A DNA stretch of 64,000 nt from Peptostreptococcaceae bacterium. Lineage in GTDB: Bacteria; Bacillota; Clostridia; Peptostreptococcales; Filifactoraceae. Of the stretch, positions 11,341-20,954 are shown piece by piece. The position numbers and the translations under genes are program-made. The stretch spans positions 2,546-66,545 of the forward strand of contig JAUMYO010000004.1 in assembly GCA_030528605.1 (NCBI GenBank), in the 5' to 3' direction. The notes below the pieces were generated by a model. That model was not told the origin of the DNA. It was given only the letters and a program-made list of their open reading frames with translations, and did no database searches. Each line of letters opens with the position of its first letter. Positions within the stretch are counted from its first letter, which is position 1.

Positions 11341-11473
11341 AATATCTCCTTTTAGGTTTTTCCTCCGACTTGTTTGTACATGACATACCATTGGCACCTT
11401 GCCATGAATGCAAGCCGTGTGTTATATTTTTGCAAGTTTTCTTGCTTACCAAAGTGCGATTTGCACCTGTAAT

Positions 11474-11502
11474 ATTTTACACTATTATACGAAACTATGC
11501 AA
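11474..11502 (-). promoter_or_regulatory. candidate sigmaA promoter of the rpsB-tsf operon
   Basis: Minus strand TTGCAT, 17 nt, TGtTAAAAT (extended -10), followed by a ~130 nt leader with several short hairpins. Confidence 0.5.
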
Positions 11503-11509
11503 TACTTTT

Positions 11510-11881
11510 TTATCTGCGCGGAGGCAAAACTTCCATCCAATAATTATCCGGATCCGAAATAAAATAGATCCCCATTTTTGGATTTTCGTAAATAATACAT
11601 CCCATTTCTTTGTGTTTTGCATAAGCCGCTTCAAAATCATCCGTCCGGAAAGCTAAATGAAACTCATTGTCCCCCAGATCATAAGGTCGATCCTGATCTC
11701 TCAGCCATGTCAATTCCAGCTCATGCTCCGCTTCTTCATTTCCTACATAGACGATGATAAAACTACCATCTTCAGCCTCTTTTCTTCTGATCTCCTTGAG
11801 TCCCAGCGCTTCTTCATAAAACTTTAGACTTTTATCCAGATCAAATACATTGATATTATTGTGTATCATTTTGAATTTCAT
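11510..11881 (-). CDS. VOC family protein (glyoxalase I / lactoylglutathione lyase-like)
   Basis: 123 aa; NINVFDLDKSLKFYEEALGL ... ELELTW ... HLAF pattern of the glyoxalase fold. Confidence 0.8.
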   Translation of the reverse strand: MKFKMIHNNINVFDLDKSLKFYEEALGLKEIRRKEAEDGSFIIVYVGNEEAEHELELTWLRDQDRPYDLGDNEFHLAFRTDDFEAAYAKHKEMGCIIYENPKMGIYFISDPDNYWMEVLPPRR

Positions 11882-12034
11882 TTTTTCCTCCGATCAATAA
11901 AAATTTATACCTTTTAATCATATAATATTATACCTTACACAGGTCTTAAGGTCCTTATGAAAGTTGAAATTTCGACCCCTAGACATACATAACAAAACCT
12001 TCATCCCGGATCTTAAGAAGATACCGGATTCTAT

Positions 12035-12523
12035 TTATTTCGGATGATCAACTTTTGTGATCAACACCACTGCTTGAGATGAGATCCCCTCTCCCCGACC
12101 TTCAAACCCAAGCCACTCGGTCGTTGTTGCTTTTATATTGATCTTTGATCTTTCTATCTCGAGGTCTTCAGCGATATTTTCTTTCATCTGTTCGATATAT
12201 GGCAACATTTTTGGAGCCTGAGCCACGATCACCGAATCGATATTTACGATTTGATATCCCTCTTTTTTCAAAAAAGCAGCCACTTCTCGTAACAAAACAC
12301 GAGACGAGATATCTTTATATTTGGGGTCATTGTCCGGAAAATGTCTGCCAATATCTCCACGACCTAAAGCTCCCAGAATCGCATCCATTATGGTGTGGAT
12401 CAGAACATCTGCATCCGAGTGTCCGAGAAGCCCTTTATGAAAAGGGATCTCAACTCCCCCGAGGATCAGTTTTCGACCCTCCGTGAGCTGATGTACATCA
12501 TAACCTATGCCTATCCTATGCAA
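12035..12523 (-). CDS. ispF: 2-C-methyl-D-erythritol 2,4-cyclodiphosphate synthase
   Basis: 162 aa; [27 protein letters not shown] motifs. Confidence 0.95.
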   Translation of the reverse strand: MHRIGIGYDVHQLTEGRKLILGGVEIPFHKGLLGHSDADVLIHTIMDAILGALGRGDIGRHFPDNDPKYKDISSRVLLREVAAFLKKEGYQIVNIDSVIVAQAPKMLPYIEQMKENIAEDLEIERSKINIKATTTEWLGFEGRGEGISSQAVVLITKVDHPK

Positions 12524-13220
12524 AAAGTTCCTCCGATCTTAAGATCGCCTCGGCAAGCACGATATCCGAAAGAGTCGTGATCTTGATATTTTCGTAGCTT
12601 CCTTCAACGATATAAACTTTTTTACCATATTTCTCTACAACAGAAGCATCATCCGTCGGAACAAATCCGCATTCCAGACAAGCTAAGTTATCATAAGCCT
12701 CGATCAGTGTTTGACGGGTAAAGCCTTGTGGCGTTTGGATCATATAAACATTATCCCTGTCCGGGGTATGTTCTATCACATTATCCGGCGCGATCTTAAT
12801 AGTATCTTTTGACTTTACTGCCAAAACAGCTGCACCATTCTCTCGCACCGCCTCGATCACAGCATCGATCTCCGAAACTTTTACAAAAGGTCTTACTCCA
12901 TCATGGATCAAAACCACTTCCGCTTTCTCATCCGTAGCCAATATCCCATTGTAACAGGAGTCCACCCTTTCAGCTCCTCCATAAACCAATTTGATCGGCT
13001 TGTCCGATCTTATCTCGCTCAACACATTCTTCTTAAAGTAATCTTCTTCCGCCTTTATGATCACTAAAATGATCTCATCGATCGATCCCGCTTCAACAAA
13101 TTTTTCAATCGTTCGCAATACTACCGATTTTCCAAGAATGTCAATATGCTGTTTGCTTATCTTCGGATCATATTTCATCCGAGTGCCTCTGCCCGCTGCA
13201 ACGATCACTGCACTTGTCAT
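12516..13220 (-). CDS. ispD: 2-C-methyl-D-erythritol 4-phosphate cytidylyltransferase
   Basis: 234 aa; [25 protein letters not shown] motifs; overlaps ispF by 8 nt. Confidence 0.95.
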   Translation of the reverse strand: MTSAVIVAAGRGTRMKYDPKISKQHIDILGKSVVLRTIEKFVEAGSIDEIILVIIKAEEDYFKKNVLSEIRSDKPIKLVYGGAERVDSCYNGILATDEKAEVVLIHDGVRPFVKVSEIDAVIEAVRENGAAVLAVKSKDTIKIAPDNVIEHTPDRDNVYMIQTPQGFTRQTLIEAYDNLACLECGFVPTDDASVVEKYGKKVYIVEGSYENIKITTLSDIVLAEAILRSEELFA

Positions 13221-13234
13221 ACCTACCTCATTTT

Positions 13235-13453
13235 TTAAAGAGTCGTATCCTCTTTTTCGTATATAATTATATCCCCAACTTCACAGTCCAATGCTTCACA
13301 AATTTTTTCAAGCGTTGAAAAACGGATCGCCTTCGCTTTTCCATTCTTTAAAATAGACATATTCGCCATCGTTATCCCTACACGCTCCGATAATTCGGTT
13401 ACTGACATTTTGCGCATCGCCATAATAACATCCAAATTGACTCTGATCGCCAT
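13235..13453 (-). CDS. XRE-family helix-turn-helix transcriptional regulator (YozG-like)
   Basis: 72 aa; LDVIMAMRKMSVTELSERVGITMANMSILKNGKAKAIRFSTLEKICEALDC. Confidence 0.85.
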   Translation of the reverse strand: MAIRVNLDVIMAMRKMSVTELSERVGITMANMSILKNGKAKAIRFSTLEKICEALDCEVGDIIIYEKEDTTL

Positions 13454-13463
13454 GCCAACCTCC

Positions 13464-13949
13464 TTATATCGTCAAGTCATTTTCATTTTTGAGTTCGACC
13501 GCTTTTTTCACAAGATGCGATAAAACTGCAGATAAAACCGCTATAAAAATTGAAGCAAACAAAATCACAAAAATCGCCAAGAATATGTAAATGCTGACCA
13601 GATCCATAAAAAGTAACGCAAATGCTGCAAAAGAATACATAGAAACTACGATGATCGATAGCCGACTGATAATTTTTAGGCGCAGTATATTATCTTCGCA
13701 AAAAGAATTATCCTCTCCGATATTTGTAAAGATCATCCACGCCTGATATAATGCCATATAGATCGGGCAACAAGCGATCCAAATAAAAGTCAAACATGGC
13801 CAAAACATATATGATCGGTTTGGATCCATTTTGGCTAGATTCATACCGACATTCGGAGCCAAACCAAAGCACAAAAACAACCCTAAGGTTCCGGATATAG
13901 CAAGTAAGCCTTTTAGCCAGATCGAAAGTTCTTTTTGATTCATTTTCAT
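13464..13949 (-). CDS. DUF2975-type membrane protein, usual partner of the small XRE regulator
   Basis: 161 aa, 4 TM segments, C-terminal ...ELKNENDLTI tail typical of DUF2975. Confidence 0.75.
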   Translation of the reverse strand: MKMNQKELSIWLKGLLAISGTLGLFLCFGLAPNVGMNLAKMDPNRSYMFWPCLTFIWIACCPIYMALYQAWMIFTNIGEDNSFCEDNILRLKIISRLSIIVVSMYSFAAFALLFMDLVSIYIFLAIFVILFASIFIAVLSAVLSHLVKKAVELKNENDLTI

Positions 13950-14048
13950 ATCCTCCCGATTGATAATATATCATAATCGATAGCGAAAAGCAATATTTTT
14001 TTATCGTAAAACGATATATTTCGGTTTAAGGGTCTTTCTCCAATAACA

Positions 14049-14082
14049 AAACAGATGAAGCAAAAAGTGCTCCATCTGTTTA
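14049..14082 (-). terminator. hairpin terminator downstream of the flavin oxidoreductase gene
   Basis: Minus strand AAACAGATG-15 nt loop-CATCTGTTT followed by TGTTATT. Confidence 0.45.
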
Positions 14083-14170
14083 CATACTACACAACATATC
14101 CTTCCTCACTGTTAAAAAATATCATTGCACTTAGTGCCGACGCATTTTTAGATCTCAGTGTACCCAAGCT

Positions 14171-15247
14171 CTATTCGTTCGATCCGGCTTCACCGCAAAG
14201 CTCTTGAAACAATTCTTCCACAGTGATGATCTTGTCTATTTTTTTTACATTTTCTCCACAGAATATCAACGCATTGTCAAGATCCCCTTCAGCCGCTGAG
14301 ATCAGAGCGGAAGTTATACAGTAAGGTATGTTGGATCGATCACAGCTTTGAAGGCATTGATAACAATGCTGTATGCGCCTTTTTTCTTTTTCGGTCTCCT
14401 GTAGCAATTTATTTTTGATCGCGCGCCCCGGCATCCCGACAGGGCTTTTCTTTATAATAATATCCTTTTCTTTCGCTTTGATATAAGCATGTTTGAAGCT
14501 TTCACTCGCATCACATTCTTTTGTTGCAACAAATCTTGTCCCCATCTGAACCCCCGCACAGCCCAGATCCAAATAATGTCGGATATCATTGTGATCAAAA
14601 ACTCCACCACCAAAAATCACCGGGATCTTTCGGTCATATTTTTCTTCAAACTCCGAAACGATCTCCAAGATCTCCAAGATCTCTTTATCATAACCTTCGG
14701 ATCTGCAGCGCTCGATCTCATTTGAGGAAAATCCAAGATGTCCTCCCGCCATAGATCCTTCGATAACCACCATATCTGCCGTACGACGGTATTTTCGATC
14801 CCAAAGTCGAAGTAGTGTTTTGGCAGCTTTGGGAGGAGCAATGATCGGAGCGATCTTTACCCCTGAGTCTCTAACTAAAGCCGGCAATTCCGTTGGAAGC
14901 CCCGCCCCCGAAAAAATGATATCAATGTTATTTTCAACACTACATTGAACATATTTCTCGTAATGGTTCGCCGCACACATTATATTTACGCCAAGGACAC
15001 CCCCTTCGGCAATTTCTCTTGCTTTTCGGATCTCTTTTTCAAGAGCTCTCAGATTCGCTGCCAGAGGGTCTTTAGCAAAATCCTCTTCCCGATACCCGAT
15101 CTGCGCCACTGAGATCACACCAATGCCGCCATTTTTAGCAACAGTCCCCGCCAAACGGGAAAGACTGATCCCGATCCCCATTCCACCCTGTATGATCGGT
15201 ATTCGAGCGATCAGATCTCCTATTCGGATCGATTTTAAGTATGTCAT
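14171..15247 (-). CDS. NAD(P)H-dependent flavin oxidoreductase (nitronate monooxygenase / FabK-like family)
   Basis: 358 aa; PIIQGGMG, GGIGVIS, GGHLG, GVQMGTRF motifs; C-terminal Cys cluster HCYQCLQSC. Confidence 0.85.
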   Translation of the reverse strand: MTYLKSIRIGDLIARIPIIQGGMGIGISLSRLAGTVAKNGGIGVISVAQIGYREEDFAKDPLAANLRALEKEIRKAREIAEGGVLGVNIMCAANHYEKYVQCSVENNIDIIFSGAGLPTELPALVRDSGVKIAPIIAPPKAAKTLLRLWDRKYRRTADMVVIEGSMAGGHLGFSSNEIERCRSEGYDKEILEILEIVSEFEEKYDRKIPVIFGGGVFDHNDIRHYLDLGCAGVQMGTRFVATKECDASESFKHAYIKAKEKDIIIKKSPVGMPGRAIKNKLLQETEKEKRRIQHCYQCLQSCDRSNIPYCITSALISAAEGDLDNALIFCGENVKKIDKIITVEELFQELCGEAGSNE

Positions 15248-15713
15248 GTTTTCTCCTTCATTCCCTAGATCTTTTTATTATCATATCTTACCGGATCGTT
15301 CGTATTTAGAGACCGCATTTACCAAAACCAAAAGCACTCTGTTTTTCCCGGATATTTAATGCCCGATGTTTATGATATTCTTGGATACATATTCTTACAC
15401 TAATATCTTCGAGAACGACCGGTCAACGATATTTTTATTTTGGATCGCTTTTACGGAACAGAAGATATTTTTATGGTCATTTGATCGGATATCTCGTATC
15501 ATATCGGTCTTTTGTATTGGATTTCCTTTTGATATCATAGGAGAGTTTTTATCATTTGTCAATTATATTCTTTGATTTAGAGTGTATTTGATACATGTAA
15601 TTATAATATGTACAACAAAACATCCCATCGACATCCTCTGTGTATCATGTCTTTGAAAGAAATTTATAAACATGATATCAAACACTATGATATAATACTG
15701 AATGGAGGTAGCT

Positions 15714-16586
15714 ATGATAAAGTATGATATGCCGCTCTATCGCCCACCAAGCGAGGCGCGAAGTTTGATTATACAGGTCACACTGGGTTGTTCTCACAAC
15801 AAATGTACCTTTTGTTCCATGTATAAGTCTAAAAATTTCAAAGCAAGAAGCTTTGAGGAGATCCAAGAAGATCTTAAAATAGCACGAGAGAGTTATCCTG
15901 TTGTCAAAAGAATATTTTTGGCTGACGGAGATGCTCTCATACTGTCAATGGGTCGATTAGTTCCTATTTTGGAGGAGATACAACAAATGTTTCCCGAGTG
16001 CGAACGGATCGGGATCTACGGAACTTCCCGAAGTATTCACAATAAGACCGAGGAAGATCTCAGAACACTCTTTCAATTAGGTATCAAGATCGTCTATATG
16101 GGTTTGGAATCCGGCGATGATAAGATCTTAGAAAACATCCAAAAAGGTGAAAAAACAGAAGATGTTGTCCGAGCAGGAAAAAAATTGATGAGATCGGGGA
16201 TCAAACTTTCCGTCACCGTCATATCCGGTCTGGGAGGAACGGATCGCAAGGAGATCCATCCGCTTGAAACCGCCAAAGCTCTCAGCGAGATGAAACCGGA
16301 TTATATCGGCTTCTTGGCTTTGATGATAGAGCAGGGAACTCCGCTCTACGATCTGTACCAACAAGGACGATTTATTCCGCTTTCTGCATCCGATATAGTG
16401 GACGAGATGATCATTTTCTTAAGTACGATCGATTCGGAAGGGACGATCTTTCGATGTAACCATGCGTCCAACTATTTTGTGCTTTCAGGAACATTGAATC
16501 GGGATGTTCCGCTTATGCTGTCGGAATTAGGATCTGTAAAAGAAGATCTTTCAATACTGAAAGATGAACGATTCCGCCGACTATAG
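15714..16586 (+). CDS. radical SAM protein
   Basis: CSHNKCTFCSMY (CxxxCxxC). Start moved to ATG 15714 behind GGAGGTAGCT. Confidence 0.85.
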   Translation: MIKYDMPLYRPPSEARSLIIQVTLGCSHNKCTFCSMYKSKNFKARSFEEIQEDLKIARESYPVVKRIFLADGDALILSMGRLVPILEEIQQMFPECERIGIYGTSRSIHNKTEEDLRTLFQLGIKIVYMGLESGDDKILENIQKGEKTEDVVRAGKKLMRSGIKLSVTVISGLGGTDRKEIHPLETAKALSEMKPDYIGFLALMIEQGTPLYDLYQQGRFIPLSASDIVDEMIIFLSTIDSEGTIFRCNHASNYFVLSGTLNRDVPLMLSELGSVKEDLSILKDERFRRL

Positions 16587-16761
16587 CTGCTCTTATGCTA
16601 TCCTTCCATAGAAGTGTAGTTTTACCTTTTTTATGACCACAAGATCCATTTGATCTTTATAGAATACAGATCGTTAATATCGATGGTTCAAAAGAATGAT
16701 AGTAGCACTCAAAAAGAAAGACCGTAAACCGATGATCGATAATTTCAACTTCGATACAAAC

Positions 16762-16811
16762 AAAAAGCTCCTGCGTTCATCAAAAACTTAGACGAACTCA
16801 GGAGCTTTTTG
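16762..16811. terminator. bidirectional rho-independent terminator between convergent genes
   Basis: AAAAAGCTCCTG..GTTC..loop..GAAC..CAGGAGCTTTTT, with A-run and T-run flanks. Confidence 0.6.
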
Positions 16812-16923
16812 TAAGACATAAGATCTGTAAAAACGATACCTGTGCTTATTCAGCTTAAAAATGTTTTTATATCATAAGGTCTTTGGATCTTTTTGTACCG
16901 GATCCGTTGAAGCAGAAAAGTAA

Positions 16924-17355
16924 TTATAGTATATTCTTTAGGATCTCGATCGTTTGCTCTGTGAGTTTCGGACAAAAATCCAAAAGCTTTCCGCTTTCGA
17001 TAGCCTTCTCCAGTTCTTCCGGTTTGGACAGATCGTAATCCAGCAATTCTCTACACATCGTCGAGCCGTATTTTTCCAGAAATAAGCTTTTGAATCGTTC
17101 CGACTTTTCTCGCATAACAGCTTTTTGCTCCGAGTCTCCCTCTTTGTAGTGACCATACTTCAGACCGATCACCATAAGAGCGGCAGTTACGGAACCGCAA
17201 GTTTCTCCACGCATCATTCCGGCTCCGAAGCAGGAACTCATCCTTCTCACAAAATCTTTATCTAATTCCAGGAACTCAGCAAAATGCTCCGTTACAACTT
17301 GAGAACAATCGATCCCTTGAATAAACAGTTTCTTGATCTCCTCACTCTTCATCAA
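16924..17355 (-). CDS. C_GCAxxG_C_C family protein
   Basis: 143 aa; SCFGAGMMRGETCGSVTAALMV signature plus downstream Cys residues. Confidence 0.8.
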   Translation of the reverse strand: MMKSEEIKKLFIQGIDCSQVVTEHFAEFLELDKDFVRRMSSCFGAGMMRGETCGSVTAALMVIGLKYGHYKEGDSEQKAVMREKSERFKSLFLEKYGSTMCRELLDYDLSKPEELEKAIESGKLLDFCPKLTEQTIEILKNIL

Positions 17356-17368
17356 TGCCCTCCGAATT

Positions 17369-17689
17369 TTATTCTACCGGATATTTTTTTGCGTTTTTTC
17401 TAAATTTGTCGCAAATGATCTCTCCAATATTTAAATTATAAAAATTTGCCATAGAGATACAGTAGATCATAACATCGGAAATTTCTTCCCCTATATGCTC
17501 CAATACTTGATCATCGACCCGGATATAATCTCCATTATCTTGCCACTGGAATATTTCCATCAACTCCGCAGCTTCGATCGCTATACTCATAGCAAGATTT
17601 TTGGGACCATGAGCCTTTTCCCAATTTCTTTCTGAAATAAACTCCTTTACTATCTTTTGCAATTCATCTAAGTTTTGATAATTCTTCAT
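17369..17689 (-). CDS. MazG-like nucleotide pyrophosphohydrolase
   Basis: 106 aa; ERNWEKAHGPKNLAMSIAIEAAELMEIFQW ... EEISDVMIY. Confidence 0.85.
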   Translation of the reverse strand: MKNYQNLDELQKIVKEFISERNWEKAHGPKNLAMSIAIEAAELMEIFQWQDNGDYIRVDDQVLEHIGEEISDVMIYCISMANFYNLNIGEIICDKFRKNAKKYPVE

Positions 17690-17734
17690 TTTACAAACTC
17701 CTGTTCACTATTCCGATCGGATAGCTCAAAATCA

Positions 17735-18232
17735 TCATTTGAGAGTACAGTATTTTTTCATCAAAATGTCAACAAATTTTTCAAAAGCTTCTTTTTCTTC
17801 TTCTCCAAAACGAGAAAGTAAAGGACTGTCCAGATCCAATACTCCGATCACTTTTCCATTCGCTATCATCGGAACGACTAATTCCGATCTGGAAGCACTA
17901 TCACAGGCTATATGACCTTCAAATTCTTCTACATTCTCGACAAGCATCGTAGAATGCTTCTCCATCGCCGTTCCGCAAACACCTTTTCCGGATCGGATCC
18001 GATTACACGCCGGCAACCCTTGGAACGGTCCCAAAACCAATTCTCCATTTTTCTCCAGATAAAATCCTGCCCAGTTGAGATCTTCGATCACCGATTTGAT
18101 GATCGCCGAGGCATTTGAAAGATTCGCGATCCAATCATCTTCCGTATCCAATTGTCCGCCAAGGAGCATATTCATGTAATTCAATCGTTGAGCCTTGGTC
18201 ATTTTTTCGATCCCTATAATTTTTATTGACAT
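17735..18232 (-). CDS. GAF domain protein (free methionine-R-sulfoxide reductase-like)
   Basis: Start moved to ATG 18232 behind GGAGGATCT; GPFQGLPACNRI ... IACDSASRSELVVP motifs. Confidence 0.85.
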   Translation of the reverse strand: MSIKIIGIEKMTKAQRLNYMNMLLGGQLDTEDDWIANLSNASAIIKSVIEDLNWAGFYLEKNGELVLGPFQGLPACNRIRSGKGVCGTAMEKHSTMLVENVEEFEGHIACDSASRSELVVPMIANGKVIGVLDLDSPLLSRFGEEEKEAFEKFVDILMKKYCTLK

Positions 18233-18350
18233 AGATCCTCCATTTTTGTTTCTAAAAAGCACCAAAAGCCTGCGAGCTGTTGATGCTTGATCATTTTATC
18301 TTCTTTCGAGATATTCTTTTTTCATGTAGTGAATTATAAACTGCCGGCAA

Positions 18351-19919
18351 TTATTTCCTTCTGCGAGGTAAATTTTTCAGTTCTTCTTTGGTGATCGTTC
18401 CGGTCATAAAAAGTGCCCCGGCATATACGACAGCTCCGATCAAAATTCCCGCAAGAACTGAAATAGAATTCCGGATGGTCAACATATAGACCAATTCATA
18501 GACTCCCCTTGCAGACAGTCCCATCAAAGTAACCGTAAGCAACGGACCGAAAATGAATTGTTTTTTATCGATCTTAAAATTCACTCTCGATCGAACAGCG
18601 ATATAATCCAAGCAGGCTGCAACGATGTATGCTGCAACAGTCGAAAGCGCTGCTCCTTTGACATTCAAACTCGGTATCCCTGTCAAAATATAGGTCAATA
18701 TAAATTTTATACCGGCACCAATAAAGAGATTTATGACCGGAATATGAGCTCGCCCCATCCCTTGCAGGACGGATGTTGTAGATTGGATGATGCTTAAAAA
18801 GACCGCTCCGATCGCAGAGATCGCCAAAAGAACCCCTACACTTGCGGGTTCTTTTGGAAAGAGCATCATCATGATCGGCGTTGAAAGTGCGAACAAACCA
18901 ACCCCCGCAGGAAGCCCCAGCAAAAGGCTCACTCTTATCCCTAAGTTTGTATTTTTCTCCAATTTTTCATTGTCTGCGGTTGCAAAGGCGGAAGAAATGA
19001 TCGGCACCAAACTGATCGCAACCGCCGAAGTAACGACTTGCGGAAGATTGACCAAAGTTGCGACCATTCCTGTCAGCTGCCCATACATCGCATTAGCCTG
19101 ATCATTTGTAAAACCGATCGCTTCCAGTCTGCCCATAACAAGAGCCAAGTCGATCAAAACCATGACCGGCATCACTAACGCGCCGATGATGATCGGCAAT
19201 GCAATATGGAACATCTCTCGCAATATCTTAGTGTTGGATTCTTCTTCAAAAAATGTATTTTCGATAGTCTCTTTCGGATCTTCACTTTTCTTGAAATACA
19301 TATACAACATAACCAAAAGTCCCGCCAAAGCACCGGCCGTTGCTCCGAAAGTTCCTCCTGCCGCACCGTATTCCAATCCTTTTGGAACAAGCAACCAGGC
19401 AAGACCGAGTCCGGCGATGACTCTTGCGACCTGTTCCACGATCTGTGAGATCGCAGATGGGCGCATATCGTTGTGCCCCTGAAAATATCCTCTAAATGCA
19501 GCCATGATCGGCACGATCAGCAGTGCCGGTGAAAGTGCGATCATGGCATAATAGGCTTTGGGATTATGAAGTCGTTCGTTGACAAGATACTCTGCCCCAA
19601 AAAACACGCCGGCAGATGCGAGGATCCCAAAAGCGATCAAGATCTTAAATACGAGTCGAAAAACTTTATCTGCGCCCTTATAGTTTCCTACTACTCTACG
19701 CTCCGATACCATCTTTGAGATAGCAACCGGAAATCCGGATGTAGCGATCCCTACGAGTACAACATAGATCGGATATGCCGTTTGATAATAACCGATCCCT
19801 ACCGAAGTAATGATCCAAACCAGCGGGATCCTAAATACAGCACCCAAAATTTTTACGATAACTCCGGCTATACCAAGGATCGCCGCACCTTTTAGAAAAG
19901 TTTCCTTTTGTTTTGTCAT
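18351..19919 (-). CDS. MOP-superfamily flippase (SpoVB / MurJ-like polysaccharide biosynthesis protein)
   Basis: 522 aa, about 14 TM; N-terminus FLKGAAILGIAGVIVKILGAVFRIPL; located next to mfd as in Firmicutes. Confidence 0.85.
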   Translation of the reverse strand: MTKQKETFLKGAAILGIAGVIVKILGAVFRIPLVWIITSVGIGYYQTAYPIYVVLVGIATSGFPVAISKMVSERRVVGNYKGADKVFRLVFKILIAFGILASAGVFFGAEYLVNERLHNPKAYYAMIALSPALLIVPIMAAFRGYFQGHNDMRPSAISQIVEQVARVIAGLGLAWLLVPKGLEYGAAGGTFGATAGALAGLLVMLYMYFKKSEDPKETIENTFFEEESNTKILREMFHIALPIIIGALVMPVMVLIDLALVMGRLEAIGFTNDQANAMYGQLTGMVATLVNLPQVVTSAVAISLVPIISSAFATADNEKLEKNTNLGIRVSLLLGLPAGVGLFALSTPIMMMLFPKEPASVGVLLAISAIGAVFLSIIQSTTSVLQGMGRAHIPVINLFIGAGIKFILTYILTGIPSLNVKGAALSTVAAYIVAACLDYIAVRSRVNFKIDKKQFIFGPLLTVTLMGLSARGVYELVYMLTIRNSISVLAGILIGAVVYAGALFMTGTITKEELKNLPRRRK

Positions 19920-19920
19920 A

Positions 19921-20919
19921 TTACTTTATTTCAAGAGCTTTATTGATGATTATCTTTGAGGCTTTCTTCAGCTCTTCCATTTTCTCCTTATACTGATCCT
20001 GCTTCAACTGGCTTATAAGCTCATCCTTTATCGTGTCAAACGGGATCATGCTCTGATCTTTATCTGTAAGATAAATGATATGATACCCAAACTCCGTTTC
20101 AATGATATCGGAAATTTCTCCAACTTCCATTGAGAACGCTTTGTCATTAAACTCTTTCACCATCGCTCCCGGTGAAAAGAATCCCAGGTCTCCCCCTGAG
20201 ATCGCCGAACCCGGATCCTCGGAATTTTCTTCTGCTAATTTGGCAAAATCTTCGCCGGATCTTGCTTTGGCAAGAATCTCTTCCGCTTTCTTTAATTTTT
20301 CAGCTTTCTCTTGATCTGATAAAGGCTCCTTCCCTTCCTTTAATGAGAACAAAATATGAGAAGCTCTTACCTTATTGTTTGTGAATTTATCAGGATTTGA
20401 ATCATAGTATTCTTTCGCCTGTTCTTTTGTGATCTCTATTTTGCTTTGAATATCTTCCGCATATCGATTATGTGTGAGTGCCCGAGTAAGGTGTTCCTTA
20501 ATAAAAGTCTCATCAATATTGTTTTTCTTCAAGAATTCACTGTACTCCGGATCTTTGTTCACGATATCCATGTACGCATCGTTTTCGGATTGAACTTCTT
20601 CTTCTGTAGCACGAAGGTTTTTGGATCCGGCATCCTGATATACGATCTCCTGCATGATGATCAGATCTAAGATCTGACTTGCAAATCTTTCTCTGAAAGT
20701 GATACCCGGCTCTACTTCGTAAGACCATATATCCTCTCCGTAGATCTTCTCAAAGCCATTGTCTTCCGCTACTTTTGCTACTGTTTTATCGTAATATTCC
20801 TTTGTGATATTTACCCCATTGACCGAAGCCACTACATCTTCAGGCAATTTGGGTCCACATGCTGTGAGCATCAGCAGCCCTATCATTAACGTTGCTACAA
20901 ATTTTGTCATTTTTTTCAT
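19921..20919 (-). CDS. PrsA-like peptidylprolyl isomerase lipoprotein (parvulin type)
   Basis: Lipobox LLMLTAC; PpiC domain ASHILF...GGDLGFF...FGYHIIY. Confidence 0.85.
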   Translation of the reverse strand: MKKMTKFVATLMIGLLMLTACGPKLPEDVVASVNGVNITKEYYDKTVAKVAEDNGFEKIYGEDIWSYEVEPGITFRERFASQILDLIIMQEIVYQDAGSKNLRATEEEVQSENDAYMDIVNKDPEYSEFLKKNNIDETFIKEHLTRALTHNRYAEDIQSKIEITKEQAKEYYDSNPDKFTNNKVRASHILFSLKEGKEPLSDQEKAEKLKKAEEILAKARSGEDFAKLAEENSEDPGSAISGGDLGFFSPGAMVKEFNDKAFSMEVGEISDIIETEFGYHIIYLTDKDQSMIPFDTIKDELISQLKQDQYKEKMEELKKASKIIINKALEIK

Positions 20920-20954
20920 GTTAAAAACCTCCAGATTTATTCTCTAAAGCTAAA

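Noticed and set aside
11341-11473. rpsB leader with several short hairpins as a ribosomal-protein autoregulatory leader
   Set aside because: It is plausible, but I cannot match it to a known leader family by eye; only the promoter is reported.
15248-15713. 465-bp intergenic region between divergent oxidoreductase and radical SAM genes; possible riboswitch or small gene (track ORF 15366-15575)
   Set aside because: AT-rich, with no conserved riboswitch core, no convincing hairpin-plus-U-tract and no repeats. The 69-aa ORF has no RBS and an implausible composition.
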